Below, one piece after another: positions 26,352 to 39,340 of a DNA stretch of 60,591 bases; within the stretch, counting starts at the first letter, position 1; the number at the start of each line of letters is the position of its first letter. Made by a program: the position numbers and the translations under genes. The notes beneath the pieces were generated by a model that saw nothing but the letters and a program-made list of their open reading frames with translations, was not told the origin of the DNA and did not search any database. This DNA is from Octopus bimaculoides (taxonomy: Eukaryota), in the NCBI RefSeq assembly GCF_001194135.2, contig NC_068981.1, forward strand, positions 177,641,684 to 177,702,274, in the 5' to 3' direction.

Positions 26352-26563
26352 TAGTCTTTTCTACTCTAGGCACGAGGACCAAAATTTGGTGGGAGGGAAC
26401 CAGTCGATTAGATCGACCCAAGCACGTAACTGGTACTTAATTTATCGACCCCGAAAGGATGAAAGGCAAAATCAACCTTGGTGGAATTTGAACTCAGAAC
26501 GTAAAGACAGATGAAATACCACTAAGCATTTTGCTCGGCATGCTAATGTTTCTGCCAGCTCGC
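26352..26563 (-). mobile_element. SINE family C
   Basis: Reverse complement begins GGCGAGCTGGCAGAAAC...TTCTGAGTTCAAATTCC. Homologous to 49655-49831 and to older plus copies at 52890, 56110 and 57905. Confidence 0.85.
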
Positions 26564-26710
26564 CGCCTTCTGCCAGTACTTGATTTAAAGGCAAGATTTA
26601 AACTCAGAATGCGAAGGGGCATAACTAAATACTGCAAGGCATTATGTTGAGTAGTCTACCAAAAACTCTTTGCTTATGTATACTTAGAAGAAATATTTTA
26701 GATTCTTTAA

Positions 26711-26943
26711 CCCTTTAGCATTCAAACTGGCCATATCTAGCCTAAATATTCCATCTGTTTTGTGTTCAAACTGACCAGATCCAGATTCTTGCACTTACCC
26801 CACAATGTCATTCTATAAGTAAAACAATTGCATCATCGAAATCTTGAAGCTACAAGATAATACATGATTAATTCAAAATAATGTAAATAATGTAAATAAA
26901 TAAACATTACATCTGAATGTAATGTAATCTGAATGCTAAAGGA
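26711..26943. mobile_element. piggyBac-type MITE (233 bp)
   Basis: TTAA|CCCTTTAGCATTCA ... TGAATGCTAAAGGA|TTAA: 14-bp TIR with one terminal mismatch and a TTAA target. Confidence 0.75.
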
Positions 26944-27166
26944 TTAATCTAAGATTTTCTTGTGTAAATATGTAGATTCTGTGATACTGGAAGCTGTGCA
27001 TTATGACTCAGTCATAACAATGTTACAAGTGATACTTCATTATACTGTAGGATGTAAATTATAAAATTTTTTACCCTGTTCTAGAAAATGTAGATTATAT
27101 TTCAGTTAATGACACACTGCATATGGGATGACTCTATATCTGAAATGATTATATTATACTCTAGAA

Positions 27167-27686
27167 CAGCAGTCCTCAACCTTTTCTGCACCACTAACTG
27201 GTTTCATGCAAGACAATTTTCCACAAACCTAGGGATTGTGCACACATGAAAACACAATAAAGTGCATAATATACAATCTGATTATTACATTTATAATATA
27301 TATTTAATACATATATATTACAAATTCAAATTACGATAAACGTAAACAAACAAACGAAGTTTGCTTTTAGAAGGGTTGAGATGTCTTAGGAAGTTAAAGA
27401 AGTGATTTTAAATTCTCAATCGCAGGATAATGATAATAATATAGCCTGAACAGGATAAACTACCCCTATTTTGCAGAAAAAAGTGTAGGCGATATTACAT
27501 TTATAATACATATATATTGCATAAATATTAGTTATATGATACATATATAATGCAAAAACACCTGGCAGGCTGTAATAGTCAATAAGATAGAAATAAAATT
27601 TTAAAATTTATTCTTCCTGTGTGGCCCAGTACCAAAGGATCCATGGCCTGGTACTGGTCTATTAGCCTGGTTGTGAAGGACCTCTG
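27167..27686. mobile_element. hAT (Charlie-like) MITE, 520 bp
   Basis: Termini CAGCAGTCCTCAACC and GGTTGTGAAGGACCTCTG. 8-bp TSD CTCTAGAA/CTCTAGGA fits the Charlie NTCTAGAN target preference. Confidence 0.78.
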
Positions 27687-28527
27687 CTCTAGGATATAAA
27701 TTATGACATGTTACAGATGATGCTATATTACTATACTGTGTATTATGGTTTTTGACACATTACAGGTGATACCAGTGTATATTGTAGGATCTAGATTAAG
27801 ATTTAGTTTAACATGCTACAGGTGATACTACAGTATATTGCAGGGTATAAGCTACGATTTGTTATAATTGATACTATTCTGTAGTTTATAAATGATTCAT
27901 GTTATGTTACAGGTGATACTAAATATATTGCATGATTATGACTCAGTTATAGATGATTCTAATGTATACTGGTAGATGAAGATTATAACATGTTATAGCT
28001 GATACTACAGAATACTGTAGGAAATAGATTATGACTCCTTCTGACATGATATATTATAAATACTACCCACCAACAAAGCTACAACTTTAGGCAAGTATAA
28101 TTATTATGATATAGATTATGATACAGTTATGATATATTACAAATTTAATTTAATGGTAGCTTCTCAAGTCCCAGACTGATGGTTCTGCAATTTCTTGCTG
28201 AACAACCTACACAGATGATCTGTTTATAATGGTCAAATATTTGTGCTGCACTCTCCCTCCATCAAATTGACATTGCCTGTACAGGTGCACAGTGTGTAAC
28301 ATGTCAGATGTTGAAGTCATCACAGAACAACATGAGATAAAATGATTTGCTCAAGAATATAACACACTGTCGGACCTGGGAATTGAACCTGTGAGCTAAC
28401 AATCACAAGTGCAATATCCTAACCACGAGGTCATGTGCCCTCACTATATTACAGATAGTACAACAGTATATTATCAGATATAGATTATGACTCAGTTATA
28501 TGTTACAGTTAATACTGCCGTATATTA

Positions 28528-28906
28528 GTGGCACTCCGTTGGTTACGACGTCGAGGGTTCCAGTTGATCCGATCAATGGAACAGCCTGCTTGTGAAATTA
28601 ACGTGCATGTGGCTGAGCACTCCATAGACACGTGTACCCTTAACGTAGTTCTTGAGGATATTCAGCGTGACACAGTGTGACAAGGCTGACCCTTTGAATT
28701 ACAGGCACAACAGAAACAGGAAAAAAGAGTGAGAGAAAGTTGTGGTGAAAGAGTACAGCAGGGTTCGCCACCATCCCCTGCCGGAGCCTCATGGAGCTTT
28801 AGGTGTTTTCGCTCAATAAACACTCATAACGCCCAGTCTGGGAATCGAAACCGCAATCCTATAACCGCGAGTCCTCTGCCCTAACCACTGGGCCATTGCG
28901 CCTCCT
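28528..28906 (-). mobile_element. Full-length SINE family B with 12-bp TSD
   Basis: Reverse-complement homologue of 14677-15054. TSD TGCCGTATATTA at 28516-28527 and 28907-28918. Confidence 0.93.
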
Positions 28907-30867
28907 TGCCGTATATTATAGGAAGTAGATTATGAATGAGTTAGTGAAGTTATTAGCATATTGCAAGTATCTTACTGCTTCTAACTTTATTACTTTGATT
29001 TCTCAAAAGGCAGTGGAATGATGGAAATAGTAGATCAATGGACAATTAATGGATATTTATTAATCATGTTCTGGATCAATAGATATTTGTTAATCATGTT
29101 ATGCTTCTTCATGTTGTGAGTTCTAATTCTGCTGGGTCATATTTGCTTTTCATATCTATGAAGTCAAAACTAATACCAGTAATGTACAAAGAATGAGCTG
29201 ATCAACTACAAGTCACCTCACTATTGATAATTTCCCTGTAGGTTTGACCTAACAACGACCTTATCAATATAACCAGTCTTGGAGGTCTTGTAGAGCCATG
29301 GAACAGACCTCCAAACTGAGCAATAAAAAATACAAAACTACAAATCTCATTTAAAAGCCAGTAAAAAATGTGAGTCACTAGGTTGTTTTATTTTAATTGG
29401 TTTTCAAAGTTGCTTCATATATCTGCATAAAATACTCTATTTACACAAGAATGTAATCATTCACACAATATTTACACACACAAGCACACAGACATTTGTA
29501 GCTCCACTGACTAATATGCAAATTCACTTGTTAGACAAAACAATATACAAATAACTCTTCATGGCTTTGTCATACACTGAATTCCAGCATGTATAGATAG
29601 ACATCACTGTATTGACCAGATTATAACTGTATTGACCAGATTATCATTGTGTTGACCAGATTATCAGATGTTCCTATACAATGCTAGTCATAATGTGTTT
29701 CCTCGCATTGTTGTAGGTTTTGAATGATATTAACCCACTGGCTAGGCAGGTAGATAAACATTTTCCCTGACTGGACCACCAACTCATCACAAGATTACCC
29801 ATTTACACTAAGTGGACAGGAACAATGTGAAATGAAGTGTTTTGCTGAAGAACACAATGCACCACTGGTTTGGGAATAGAAATCACGATTGTGAGTGCAA
29901 CACCCTAATCACTAAGGATATTTTCAAGAGTTTTCAAAAATTCACCTTGTGTCTTTTGAACACTCTCAAACATATTTCTCAAAGAAAAGGAGTTCTTCAA
30001 TGCTACTGTTCTTTATAACTTAGTTTTAAGAGGAAAATCACAATTCTTGTTCTCTTTATGTCTTCCTAATAAAATATGAATAATTGGAAGAGTGGAAGAG
30101 TTTAGCATGGTTAATGGTCAATTTAAATTGCAACAAATCAATAGTTATGGTTAAAGGGAGGTGTAGGTGGGAATGCAGTTCCAAGGAAGAATCATTAGAC
30201 AAAGAGGACTTCTCTAATTTAACAGCAATTTGGTGACTACAGTTCTTCGATTAAATCCTGTTATACATGTGTTAGTTCTTGCCTTCTCTAAAGATTATTG
30301 AATAAATTTTGGTTGCATGCTGTTATTAAGGGATAAAAAACTTAAGTGATATAGGATTTGTTGATTGTTATCAAGACATTTTTATTAGCTCAATAATATT
30401 TGTGATACTGAATCAATCAACTATTTCAGAGCGGAGTTACACAGCTCTTAGTTTTTGTTTACTTATTTATTTATTTATTTATTTTATATTGTAATTTTTA
30501 AACAATGGCATTGTCACTAGCAGATTTCTAACTGGTTCTCTGCATTTCTGATGGCAAGAATGGCAAGGGGAGATTTGTAACTAAGGGGACTTTGTTTGAA
30601 GAGAATCATTTTTTGCCGACATATTTCCTCTTATTGATACACAGTGAATAATGCATACATACACACATACATGCATACATACATGCATTCATGTATACAT
30701 ATATGTATGCAGGTACATACATAGATACATAAGAACAGACAAACAAACAAACTGGCTAACATACACTTTGTAGATATAATCTATAAGTGAGACATACATG
30801 TTAATATTATAAAACAATTCATGTGTGAATTTTTTTTTTTGTTAAATGGTTCTGGTTTCTGTTACAG

Positions 30868-30914
30868 GACTCAGTGACAGCCAGTTGAAGGATGAGATAT
30901 TAGAATGGATGTAA
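30868..30914 (+). CDS. Candidate exon (phase-1 start; LSDSQLKDEILEWM-stop, or a donor at 30911), product unknown
   Basis: Acceptor TTCTGGTTTCTGTTACAG after a T-run. Frame-compatible with 24129-24266. Confidence 0.3.
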
Positions 30915-31125
30915 ACAGTATCAAGAAAAAGAGTAGCAGCCAATCAATGTTTTTGAAACAAATTCCACATGGTATTTCATTTCAGAAGCACTGGTTGATC
31001 TGTTTTCTCACTGATGTTTACATCTTTCTTTAATCAATATCAGTAAAAGCTGTAAATGTTTGTGAAAAGGAAATATATCTATAAATATAAATATAAATAT
31101 AAATATATCTATATATATTTGTAGT

Positions 31126-31201
31126 GGGTAGTTTAGCTTAATCGGTCAAAGCATTGTGACATGTAATCACGGGAATGTGAGTTCGAGTCCACAGCTGGCC
31201 A
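31126..31201 (+). pseudogene. tRNA-like pseudogene (apparent TGT anticodon, Thr-like)
   Basis: D-arm GCTT/AAGC, anticodon arm TTGTGA-CATGTAA-TCACGG, T-loop TTCGAGT and acceptor 3' end GCTGGCCA, followed by TTTT. Stems are imperfect and position 33 is not U. Confidence 0.6.
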
Positions 31202-31341
31202 CCTACACTTTTCTCTGCAAAATAGGGATAGTTTATCCTGTTCAGGCTATATTATTAGTATTATTCTGCGATTGAGAATTTAAAATCACTTCTTTAACTT
31301 TCTAAAATATATAAATATATATTTATATCCTTTGTTTTTTT

Positions 31342-31545
31342 TTTCTTTTACTTGTTTCAGTCATTAAACTGTGGCCATGCTAAGGCACTGCCTTGAAGGG
31401 TTTTAGTCAAACAAATTGGCCCCAGGACTTATTTTTTAAAGCCTAATACTTATTCTAGGGGTCTGTTTTCCCAAACCGCTAAGTTATGGGGACATAAACA
31501 TACAAACACCAGTTGTCAAGTGGTGGTGGAGAGACAAACAGACAT

Positions 31546-31582
<37 letters not shown>

Positions 31583-31712
31583 AATATATGATGGGCTTCT
31601 TTCAAATCCACTTTGGTTGGCTCAAGGCTATATTAGAAGATACTTGCCCAAGGGGCCATGCAGAGGGACTGAATCCAGAACCAACTGGTTGGGAAGCAAG
31701 CTTCTTTATTTC
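31342..31712 (-). mobile_element. SINE family A with a (CA)n core
   Basis: Collinear with the family consensus. Confidence 0.85.
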
Positions 31713-31899
31713 ATAAATTGTCTATGGAAGCCGTACATAGATAAGACAGACAAGGACAGACAAACATAGAGGGGGAAGACGTTGCTTATTATGAATGCAA
31801 ATGTTTCAAATGATGAAATATAAATGTCATGCTGTTAAAAATTATATCTTCTTTTTTTTAAAATTCCAATTTAAACTTAATGAACATTGCAAATTTTGC

Positions 31900-33000
31900 A
31901 ATGTGTGACTGAAGGAAAGACATCCAACTGCCAGATTCGAACCTTTACTTTTCCTTCTGGCCCCACTTACCTGGTTCCAGTCACTCACAGCTTGTTCACT
32001 ACTTGCTTGCATCTTTTCGCAAACATATCCTGTGACTGGTATCTCTTCTCCAGCCTGATCTTACTATCAAGGTGGTAACTAAAGAAGTTAACCAACTCCT
32101 GGCTGGAGACGAAAAGTACCTGTCACTATACCTCTTACGCACATCTTCCATACTGTTTCTTTCAGTATAGCTACTATGCAGAAAAAGCAAGCCTTCCTTC
32201 CCTTGTTAAGGGCAGGAGGCAGCACAATCTTGATAATAGACTCAGCCAATAGCTGTACTCTTCCCTTCGTTGACAACAGTTGCCCAACAAAAGCTATCAG
32301 TCCTGATAATTCCAGACACTCCACAAAGGTTTGCAAGACATTTTCTCTGTCCCACTTGCACCTCGGGTATGTTGGCTAGATGGCACTTCCGTGCCTTGAC
32401 AGCTTGTCTCAAACAGGCAAAGCTGAACGGTAGTACTGCCAAGCCAGGGATTTCTGGTAATTATCCAGATACCCCGGCCCAAAAGTTCTCCTGAACAGGT
32501 TGATCAACTGATTTCCATGGAAGCCCAGGGCCTTCCCCAGGACATCATCTGACATAAATTCCACTAACCCATTATAGAAATCCTCAGTGGAACTCCTGTT
32601 GCCAGTATTGCCCGCCTGAGAGAGTAGTTGGTGTGCTGTCAGGCACTCCAATTGCCAATCCCCCAGCCTAAGTTTTTGTTTGATCCATGGACCAATATCC
32701 ATTAAGGTTGTCAACTGTGGAAGGTAGAACGTTACGTGTGGTGACCACACCCACTCCCCATCCAGGTAAAGCTTCAACCTCAACGTGAATTTTCGCATCT
32801 TCAGCCAACGCATCCCTAGCCCACCCTTTAGTGGTTTTTGGCAGCAGACTGAGCACTTTACAAGTGGCTTTCCTCCCTTCCACAAAAAGTGGAAAAGGAT
32901 TCTTTCCAACTTGTTCGGCCACAAATCGAGGTAGGACACAATGGTCAGGCGGTAGGTGATGACAGATGCTATGAACATGTGACCACCTCTCTAACAGTTG
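31900..33000 (-). mobile_element. L1/Tx1-clade LINE ORF2 3' remnant
   Basis: ORF 32409-32978 reads LERILFHFLWKGGKPLV...QKPLKGGLGM...LAWQYYRSALPV, the post-RT FLW..K...GGLG signature of L1/Tx1. GC content is higher than the flanks. Confidence 0.8.
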
Positions 33001-33240
33001 CAAGTCAACGTTTAATAACTTATCCTTTAACTATCCTCTTCACCTTCTCAGAAACTTCTTGCAGTGTCCCAGATCTCTTCTGCATTTAACCATGCCCTTC
33101 TTCAATCAACCTCTTCACTGTTTGATGATTAATACTGAAAAATTGAACTATTTCTCAGTTGGACTTTCCATACTGATACCAGCCAATGACTTGTCTGTGT
33201 GTAAATTGATTGATGTTTTTTTTCTAAATGATTTTCATTA

Positions 33241-33444
33241 CTCTTACTCTTTTACTTGTTTTAGTCATTTGACTGCGGCCATGCTGGAGCACCGCCTTTA
33301 GTCGAGAAAATCGACCCCAGGACTTATTCTTTGTAAGCCTAGTACTTATTCTATCGGTGGTTTTTTTTTTTGCCGAACCGCTAAGTTACAGGGACATAAA
33401 TACACCAGCATCGGTTGTCAAGCGGTGGTGGGGGGGACAAACAC

Positions 33445-33487
<43 letters not shown>

Positions 33488-33654
33488 TATGACAGGCTTC
33501 TTTCAGTTTCCGTCTACCAAATCCACTCACAAGGCTTTGGTCGGCCTGAGGCTATAGTAGAAGACACTTGCCCAAGGTGCCACGCAGTGGGACTGAACCC
33601 CTGAACCATGTGGTTGGTAAGCAAGCTACTTACCACATAGCCACTCCTGCGCCT
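33241..33654 (-). mobile_element. Young full-length SINE family A
   Basis: CpGs largely retained; highly similar to 41588-41986. Confidence 0.93.
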
Positions 33655-33829
33655 GTGGTATTTTTCAAATTAAAGTTACAATTAATCCAAAACCCTCAAT
33701 TACATTCATATTCAGTGTGTGAGGTATTTGAGGACATATTTAGAAATTCAATAAAACAACTCTAATCTAGCAAAAAACCAAAACTACTTTAATAAAAATT
33801 TGTGCACTTGTTCTCAATATGCTTTCTTA

Positions 33830-34330
33830 GAAGATTATTTGATGAATCCACCTTCAGCGTCAATGAGAGGCCAGAGTTGTTGACATACTTGCACTAAATA
33901 GTCCTTATTCATTTCAGATATCACCTGGACAATGACAGTCATCAGTGAAGCTCTGGTATTGTGAGAGTGTCCATAGATCTCCTTTTCAATAATGTTCTAA
34001 ATGTACAGGATTTAAAGCTGGTGAGTTTGGAGACCAAAACTTTAGTGTTATATGATCATAAAGATTGTCTGATATCCATTCTTAGATTACATGGACTTTG
34101 TGAGAAGGTACTGAGTCTTGCTGAAACACATATGGCATTTCCCTGCGTACTTCATCTATCTAAGGCTTAACAACTGTCTCCAACACTTCAAGTTATTCAT
34201 TAACATTCATTCTAAGACCCTGTGTAATGATGTGAGGTGACATGACATGACCTTCATAATACACCACTCCTAATGCCATCACAACTGTTGGAAACTCATA
34301 TATATATACATAAAATTCATCAGCCATCCT
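33830..34330 (-). mobile_element. Decayed maT/DD37D-like Tc1-mariner transposase remnant
   Basis: Minus-strand motifs in order: QQDSVPSHK (cf. FQQDSAPSH), FWSPNSPALNP (cf. FWPPNSPDLNP), IDAEGGFIK-stop. Confidence 0.6.
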
Positions 34331-36501
34331 TCACCCAAGATGTCTTTGTGGTCCTTGTTATAACAAAAACATATATGTGTATGTGTATGTGTGTGTGAGA
34401 GAGACAGAGAGAAAGAGAGAGAGAGAGAAAGAAACCTTTTTTTTTAAATCTCACATTCCAATAACAACACAAGTCATGTCTTAATTAATAGACTTGTTCT
34501 AAATTATTTGATGTAAATTTCCTTTCTGATTTATTGGACACCATTTTTCTTAACTGTACGGCAGCATACTGTCACATAGAGATGAATATCCATTGAGATT
34601 ATTCACACAAACTTTGAAAGCTCATTACCCAATATAGCTTGTTCTCTTTATTCTGTCTATAAATCAGGTTTTCACTAAATTAAACATCAAGATCCACTAG
34701 GAATGAATCCACTTTCATCTGCTAGAAAGATCAGACATCATCTAACCCATGCACCCAGCAGATATCTGATACAAATATATTTGCCTTGTACCGTATTATA
34801 TGATGTGTAATGAAGGGGAAAAAAAACCCTTAACTCTTCTGCCACAGTACAATGCCTCATATAAGTAGGTGTAAACTCTAGGTAAGAGCTTAGCTGAACA
34901 CACAGCAGCTGTTACTCTTGTTTTTCAAGCAAAAAAAAACCTTTCCACTATTTACAGTTGTCACCATTGAAGCATATGACGACAATATAAACAGCATTTA
35001 CATTCAGCAAGCCACATGTTATGGTAGATAATATAACTCTTTTTCATAAATGAACGTGAATATATTTAATTACTTGAGGCTTCTTTTTCAAACAATGCAA
35101 TTCACTTGACATTAAGTGTCACAACAGTTTCTGTTTCCTTTCCTTTTCATCTTTCTTTCTTTCTTTCTGAAGAGAGAGAGAGAGAGGGGGGAGGAATAAA
35201 AAAGAAAGAAGAAAGGAAGGGGAGAAATGATATCAATCAACAAGGAGATATTTTTCACCCCTCATACTTCTTATGAAACAATTCAATAGAAAAAAAATGC
35301 ATTTTTTATTTTTTATTTTGGTGGTTATTTTTGTACGATTGTCACAGCGGTGGGAGGGAAAAGTAAACAGCAACGTTTAATGTTTACATAGTGATGTTTT
35401 ATTAAGTTTGTCCTTTAACGGCCATGAACTAAATATATTTATTTATTGTATGATTCAACTGTTAGTGCTTATTGGTCTGTTTGACTTTTCGTACCTTTGA
35501 AAGAAGGACAATGCAAACAGAAAAATATACCAAAGTCATGAAAATAAACTGTAAAGGCACATTAACTACTCAAATACACATACATATTTAAATGGATATA
35601 AATTTATTAATTCATTTGAAGGGTTTATAACACGGTTTAATAGTTTATATTGCTTTAATATATTCATAAATGGAATAGTAATATTTTTATTGTCGGATAT
35701 TTCATACATCGTTTACGCTATGTTACAAAAGTTGGGATTAGCCCGTAGTTTTTATGCTTTATTTTTAAGCTATTGACGATTGTAAGGAAACAGTTAAATA
35801 TAATTGAAAGGGTTCTCATTTTGAGTGATGTAAAGGTAATTATGACAGAGCCTAAAGATTTGTTGAGAATTTACGACGAAGACATTCAACAAATCGTACA
35901 GGAAAGAGAGAGGATTATTACTAATCATAAGAACTTAAAGATAAACACAATTTGAAATTAAATTAATATATTTGTGAATAGTTCTTTAAGATTTTCTGCA
36001 AGAAGCATAAATTTACTTTTAATATTTACAGATTTTCTATGCTAAGTGCCTCCTAACACCTTGATCTAAGGTGTGTATGTGTGATCGAAGACTTGATTAA
36101 AATAGTTTTATAAGTTTCCTATTTTGTGTTGGCAACGTACACAAGAAAAGCTTGATGATATAAAACGTTGATTATATTCTAAAATTTAACCATTTTTTAC
36201 TGATTGATGCAATCAATTATAATGATTATTGAACAGAATAATCATATGTGGGTGTGTGTATGTGTGTGTGTGTATGTGTGTGTGTATGTGTGTGTGTATG
36301 TATTGTTACATACATAATACTAGATTTGTATTGTCTTTGACTTCTAGTTCCCAAATTTCTTGTGCTTCATTCCAAAGCAATCACATAGATAAACTTTCCA
36401 AAAATCATATGGTTCTTGATCAGTTGTTATATTGTGCCTCTCCTGCCTGCTACTACGTACTTTGTTCTTCACAATCTACTGGCTCTAATATAACTCTTTA
36501 A

Positions 36502-37081
36502 CCCTTTTGATACCAATCTGCTTGAGGCTGCCTCTTGTTCCATGATACAAACCTGTTTAAAATGATCTAAATCAAAACTCCCAATCAAAACTTCACATTC
36601 ATTTCTATATTAAACAGGACAAATTTTATTAAGTTCCTCGTTATTTTGAAAATTAATTGAAACAAAGGCAGTGTATTTCAACAGGAATATGCAAACAAAA
36701 TATCACATCAAATTCTCCATTTCTCACAATCTATATTACATTTCATACTTCCTTTCATGAGAACTATTCTCTCTCCACATATTCCTGTAACTTCGATAAT
36801 CTTATAGTCATACTCATGTCTGCAATGAGAAGGTGAATGTGAAAAAAGGTATTTTCATTTTGCATTCAGCATTCAGATTCCTCTGTCAGAAGTAATGCTT
36901 TTATATTCACATTACTTTCAATAAATCATGCATTATCTATGGCTTCAAGATTCTGATACTGTGATTGTTTTATTTTTAGAATGACATTGTTGGGTAAGAG
37001 TGAGAAGCTGGATCTGGCTGGTTTGAACATAAAACAGATACAATATTTGGGCCTGACATGGCCAGTTTAAATACTAAAGGG
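36502..37081. mobile_element. piggyBac-type non-autonomous element (possibly composite)
   Basis: TTAA|CCCTTT ... AAAGGG|TTAA. The right ~210 bp is the reverse-complement homologue of 26711-26943. Confidence 0.6.
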
Positions 37082-38649
37082 TTAAACATTTTAGAAACTT
37101 CAGAGGGTAGACAACTAGCTGAGGGAACAACACTTCATGTTCTGGAGAACTTCCTCTGTGTGTATCTTGACCAAGGCATTTGGTTCTTAACTGCTGTATC
37201 CTCCTAAAAAACGAAAAAATGGATGTTGAATCTTACAAAAGATATAGAGTAGAAATGAAACAAAGTGGTGATACACTGTGCTGAATTAAATTCATCCAAT
37301 CTGTGCCAGCAATGATATGCAGATGTAAAATGATGATGATAATTCTGCACTGAAGGGCAAAACTTTTTATCCACATATCTACATATCTTTTCAGAATATA
37401 CTGGTCACATTTATCACTTAATATACTTTCTGAGGACTGTGTATAAATGCTTTTTATGATTCAACCAACATATTAGCAATTGGTGGTGGTAGAAAAAGAG
37501 GCTTTGTTGTATTGATGTATTGGAAATGGTCGGCTTTTTGATTACACTTAATTTGAACAGCTTTTCAAAGGTGTTCTGTTTAGTTAGTAAGGTCTGCTTG
37601 AACCTATTTCGATTTATTATTAAAGCTTTTATGGCTTTGAATCATTGAGAGGCATCTTTTCAGAAGGTGATTGTGAATCTATCACAGGTTTTACCCAAAA
37701 GGAAATTTAAACTTATTTGTGTAAACTAATGAAATGCGAACCAATTATACCAAATCCTCTATATCAATAGCAGTAAACTGTGCTTTCTCATGCTTGTTCA
37801 CTCAATTTCAATTCTCCTACATAATCAAAGGCATTCTAACTGTGACCATCCTGTCAATTTTCTAGGTGTAGTGTATTGAGTGTATCATTTCTCTTTTGAG
37901 ATAATAATTGACTACTATTTTGAGCAATATTGCCAATGAGGATGCCTTATACAGTTGCTTGAGATACAAGAAAAAGTAGTCAAATCACCCTCAAATCACA
38001 CTTCCATTTTAAATAAAGGAAAATACATTGAACAATGGAGTCTCTAATATACAAACCGATGAGCTAATCACAGTTCATATGGCTTTGATCAATCATGACT
38101 CTGTTCAACCAGGGCAGATCTAGAGCAAATGACTAGTGTTAGGTAAACTGAACTACTTGAGAGTCCACTGAGTTGAGAGATAACAATAAATCAATGATCA
38201 TTTTGTCAACAGTCCAGCTGTCTCAGTGCCTAGTTATTTATATTTCTCAATGATATAATGATATTGAAAATACATTTGAATGTTGTATGAGCTGTGTACA
38301 TCTTTGAAAAAATTATAAATAAATTCATACCTACTTACAAAACCCAAAAAGAAAAAAATGGGAAAACACTTTAATGCAGTATTTCTCAGGGGTGGCCTGG
38401 CTGCAGGGATTGAAAGGGAATGGGAAAATTAGCATATTTAATATAAAATAATTGATTTTAAGCTTTTTAAACTTGCCCAAAATCATGGTGAAGATAGAGG
38501 AATTATATGGGGGCAAGCTGTATTTTGCTTTTGTTTTAATAAAGAGGTAAAAAGTGGGGTTAAAAATTTCACAGTTATATTTTTGTTTTTAGTGGTTAGA
38601 TTGATATTAATCAGTTTGAAGACCATCACTTTTTTTAGTGTATTCTCCA

Positions 38650-39340
38650 CGCTGGTTGCTATAAATGCTGGACTTCACAATCATTGATAATCTCTCCTGA
38701 TAATCTGATACAACTCATAAACAAACCCACATTAAGGTACAGGTCTAGGGGCCCAATTCTGATCTATGCATGATGTAGCTTGCTGTCAATAGATAAAAGG
38801 TGATTTTCCCAGGAGCTACTAAAATGCTATATAATGCTACTAAAACGGCCCTACTCATAACACATGATAAACTACCACAAAGACTGGTTTACCTCTTTAG
38901 GTCCAGAAGAGATTGCTGCTAACTCTCAACAAAACTCAAAAGAGGTCCACAATGGAAATATACTTTGACATTTAGGATGGCACTGTTGCTACACACAAAA
39001 TCATTCTAGACCACATCACAAAAAAGCCTGTTGGCTAATTGCCAAAAAATCACTCAACAATATACTCCATTCCTTACCTTATAGAGGTGCTACCGCTTCC
39101 CTCTTCTTCCATTTATACTCCTATTACTATGGTCTCTACTCTTCAGACCTAGCTGTCAGTGTTCTATCTACACTTAAACCCATCTAACACACTCATCTCA
39201 CTTTTCTCTTCATACATTCAGTATCCTTTTCAGGCCCTGCATTAACCCTTCTTTTTCCTGACAGTCATTCCTAGAATGTAAAACTTCTAGAATTCCTTCC
39301 TTAACCAAGTTTTTCCTACAATTGTCGATTTAAAGATGTT
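38650..39340 (+). mobile_element. Ancient CR1/Jockey-like LINE 3' remnant
   Basis: AINAGL (cf. INAGVPQ) at ~38660 and ILDHITKK (cf. LDRIQKKA) at ~39003; very decayed. Confidence 0.4.

Larger units (their letters stand above)
26980..28960. repeat. Old degenerate minisatellite (unit ~50-60 bp) interrupted by three insertions
   Basis: Recurring CATGTTACAGGTGATACTACAGTATATTGTAGGA.GTAGATTATGACTCAGTTATA-like units, clearest at 27700-28140 and 28450-28527. Confidence 0.7.

Noticed and set aside
29595-29668. Short tandem 20-mers (also 39431-39490 and the 29-bp duplication at 13838-13895) as CRISPR-like arrays
   Set aside because: Head-to-tail with no spacers in eukaryotic DNA; ordinary slippage duplications.
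33918-33955. Apparent plus-strand mini-exon after TTATTCATTTCAG
   Set aside because: Lies within the antisense of the maT-like transposase remnant.
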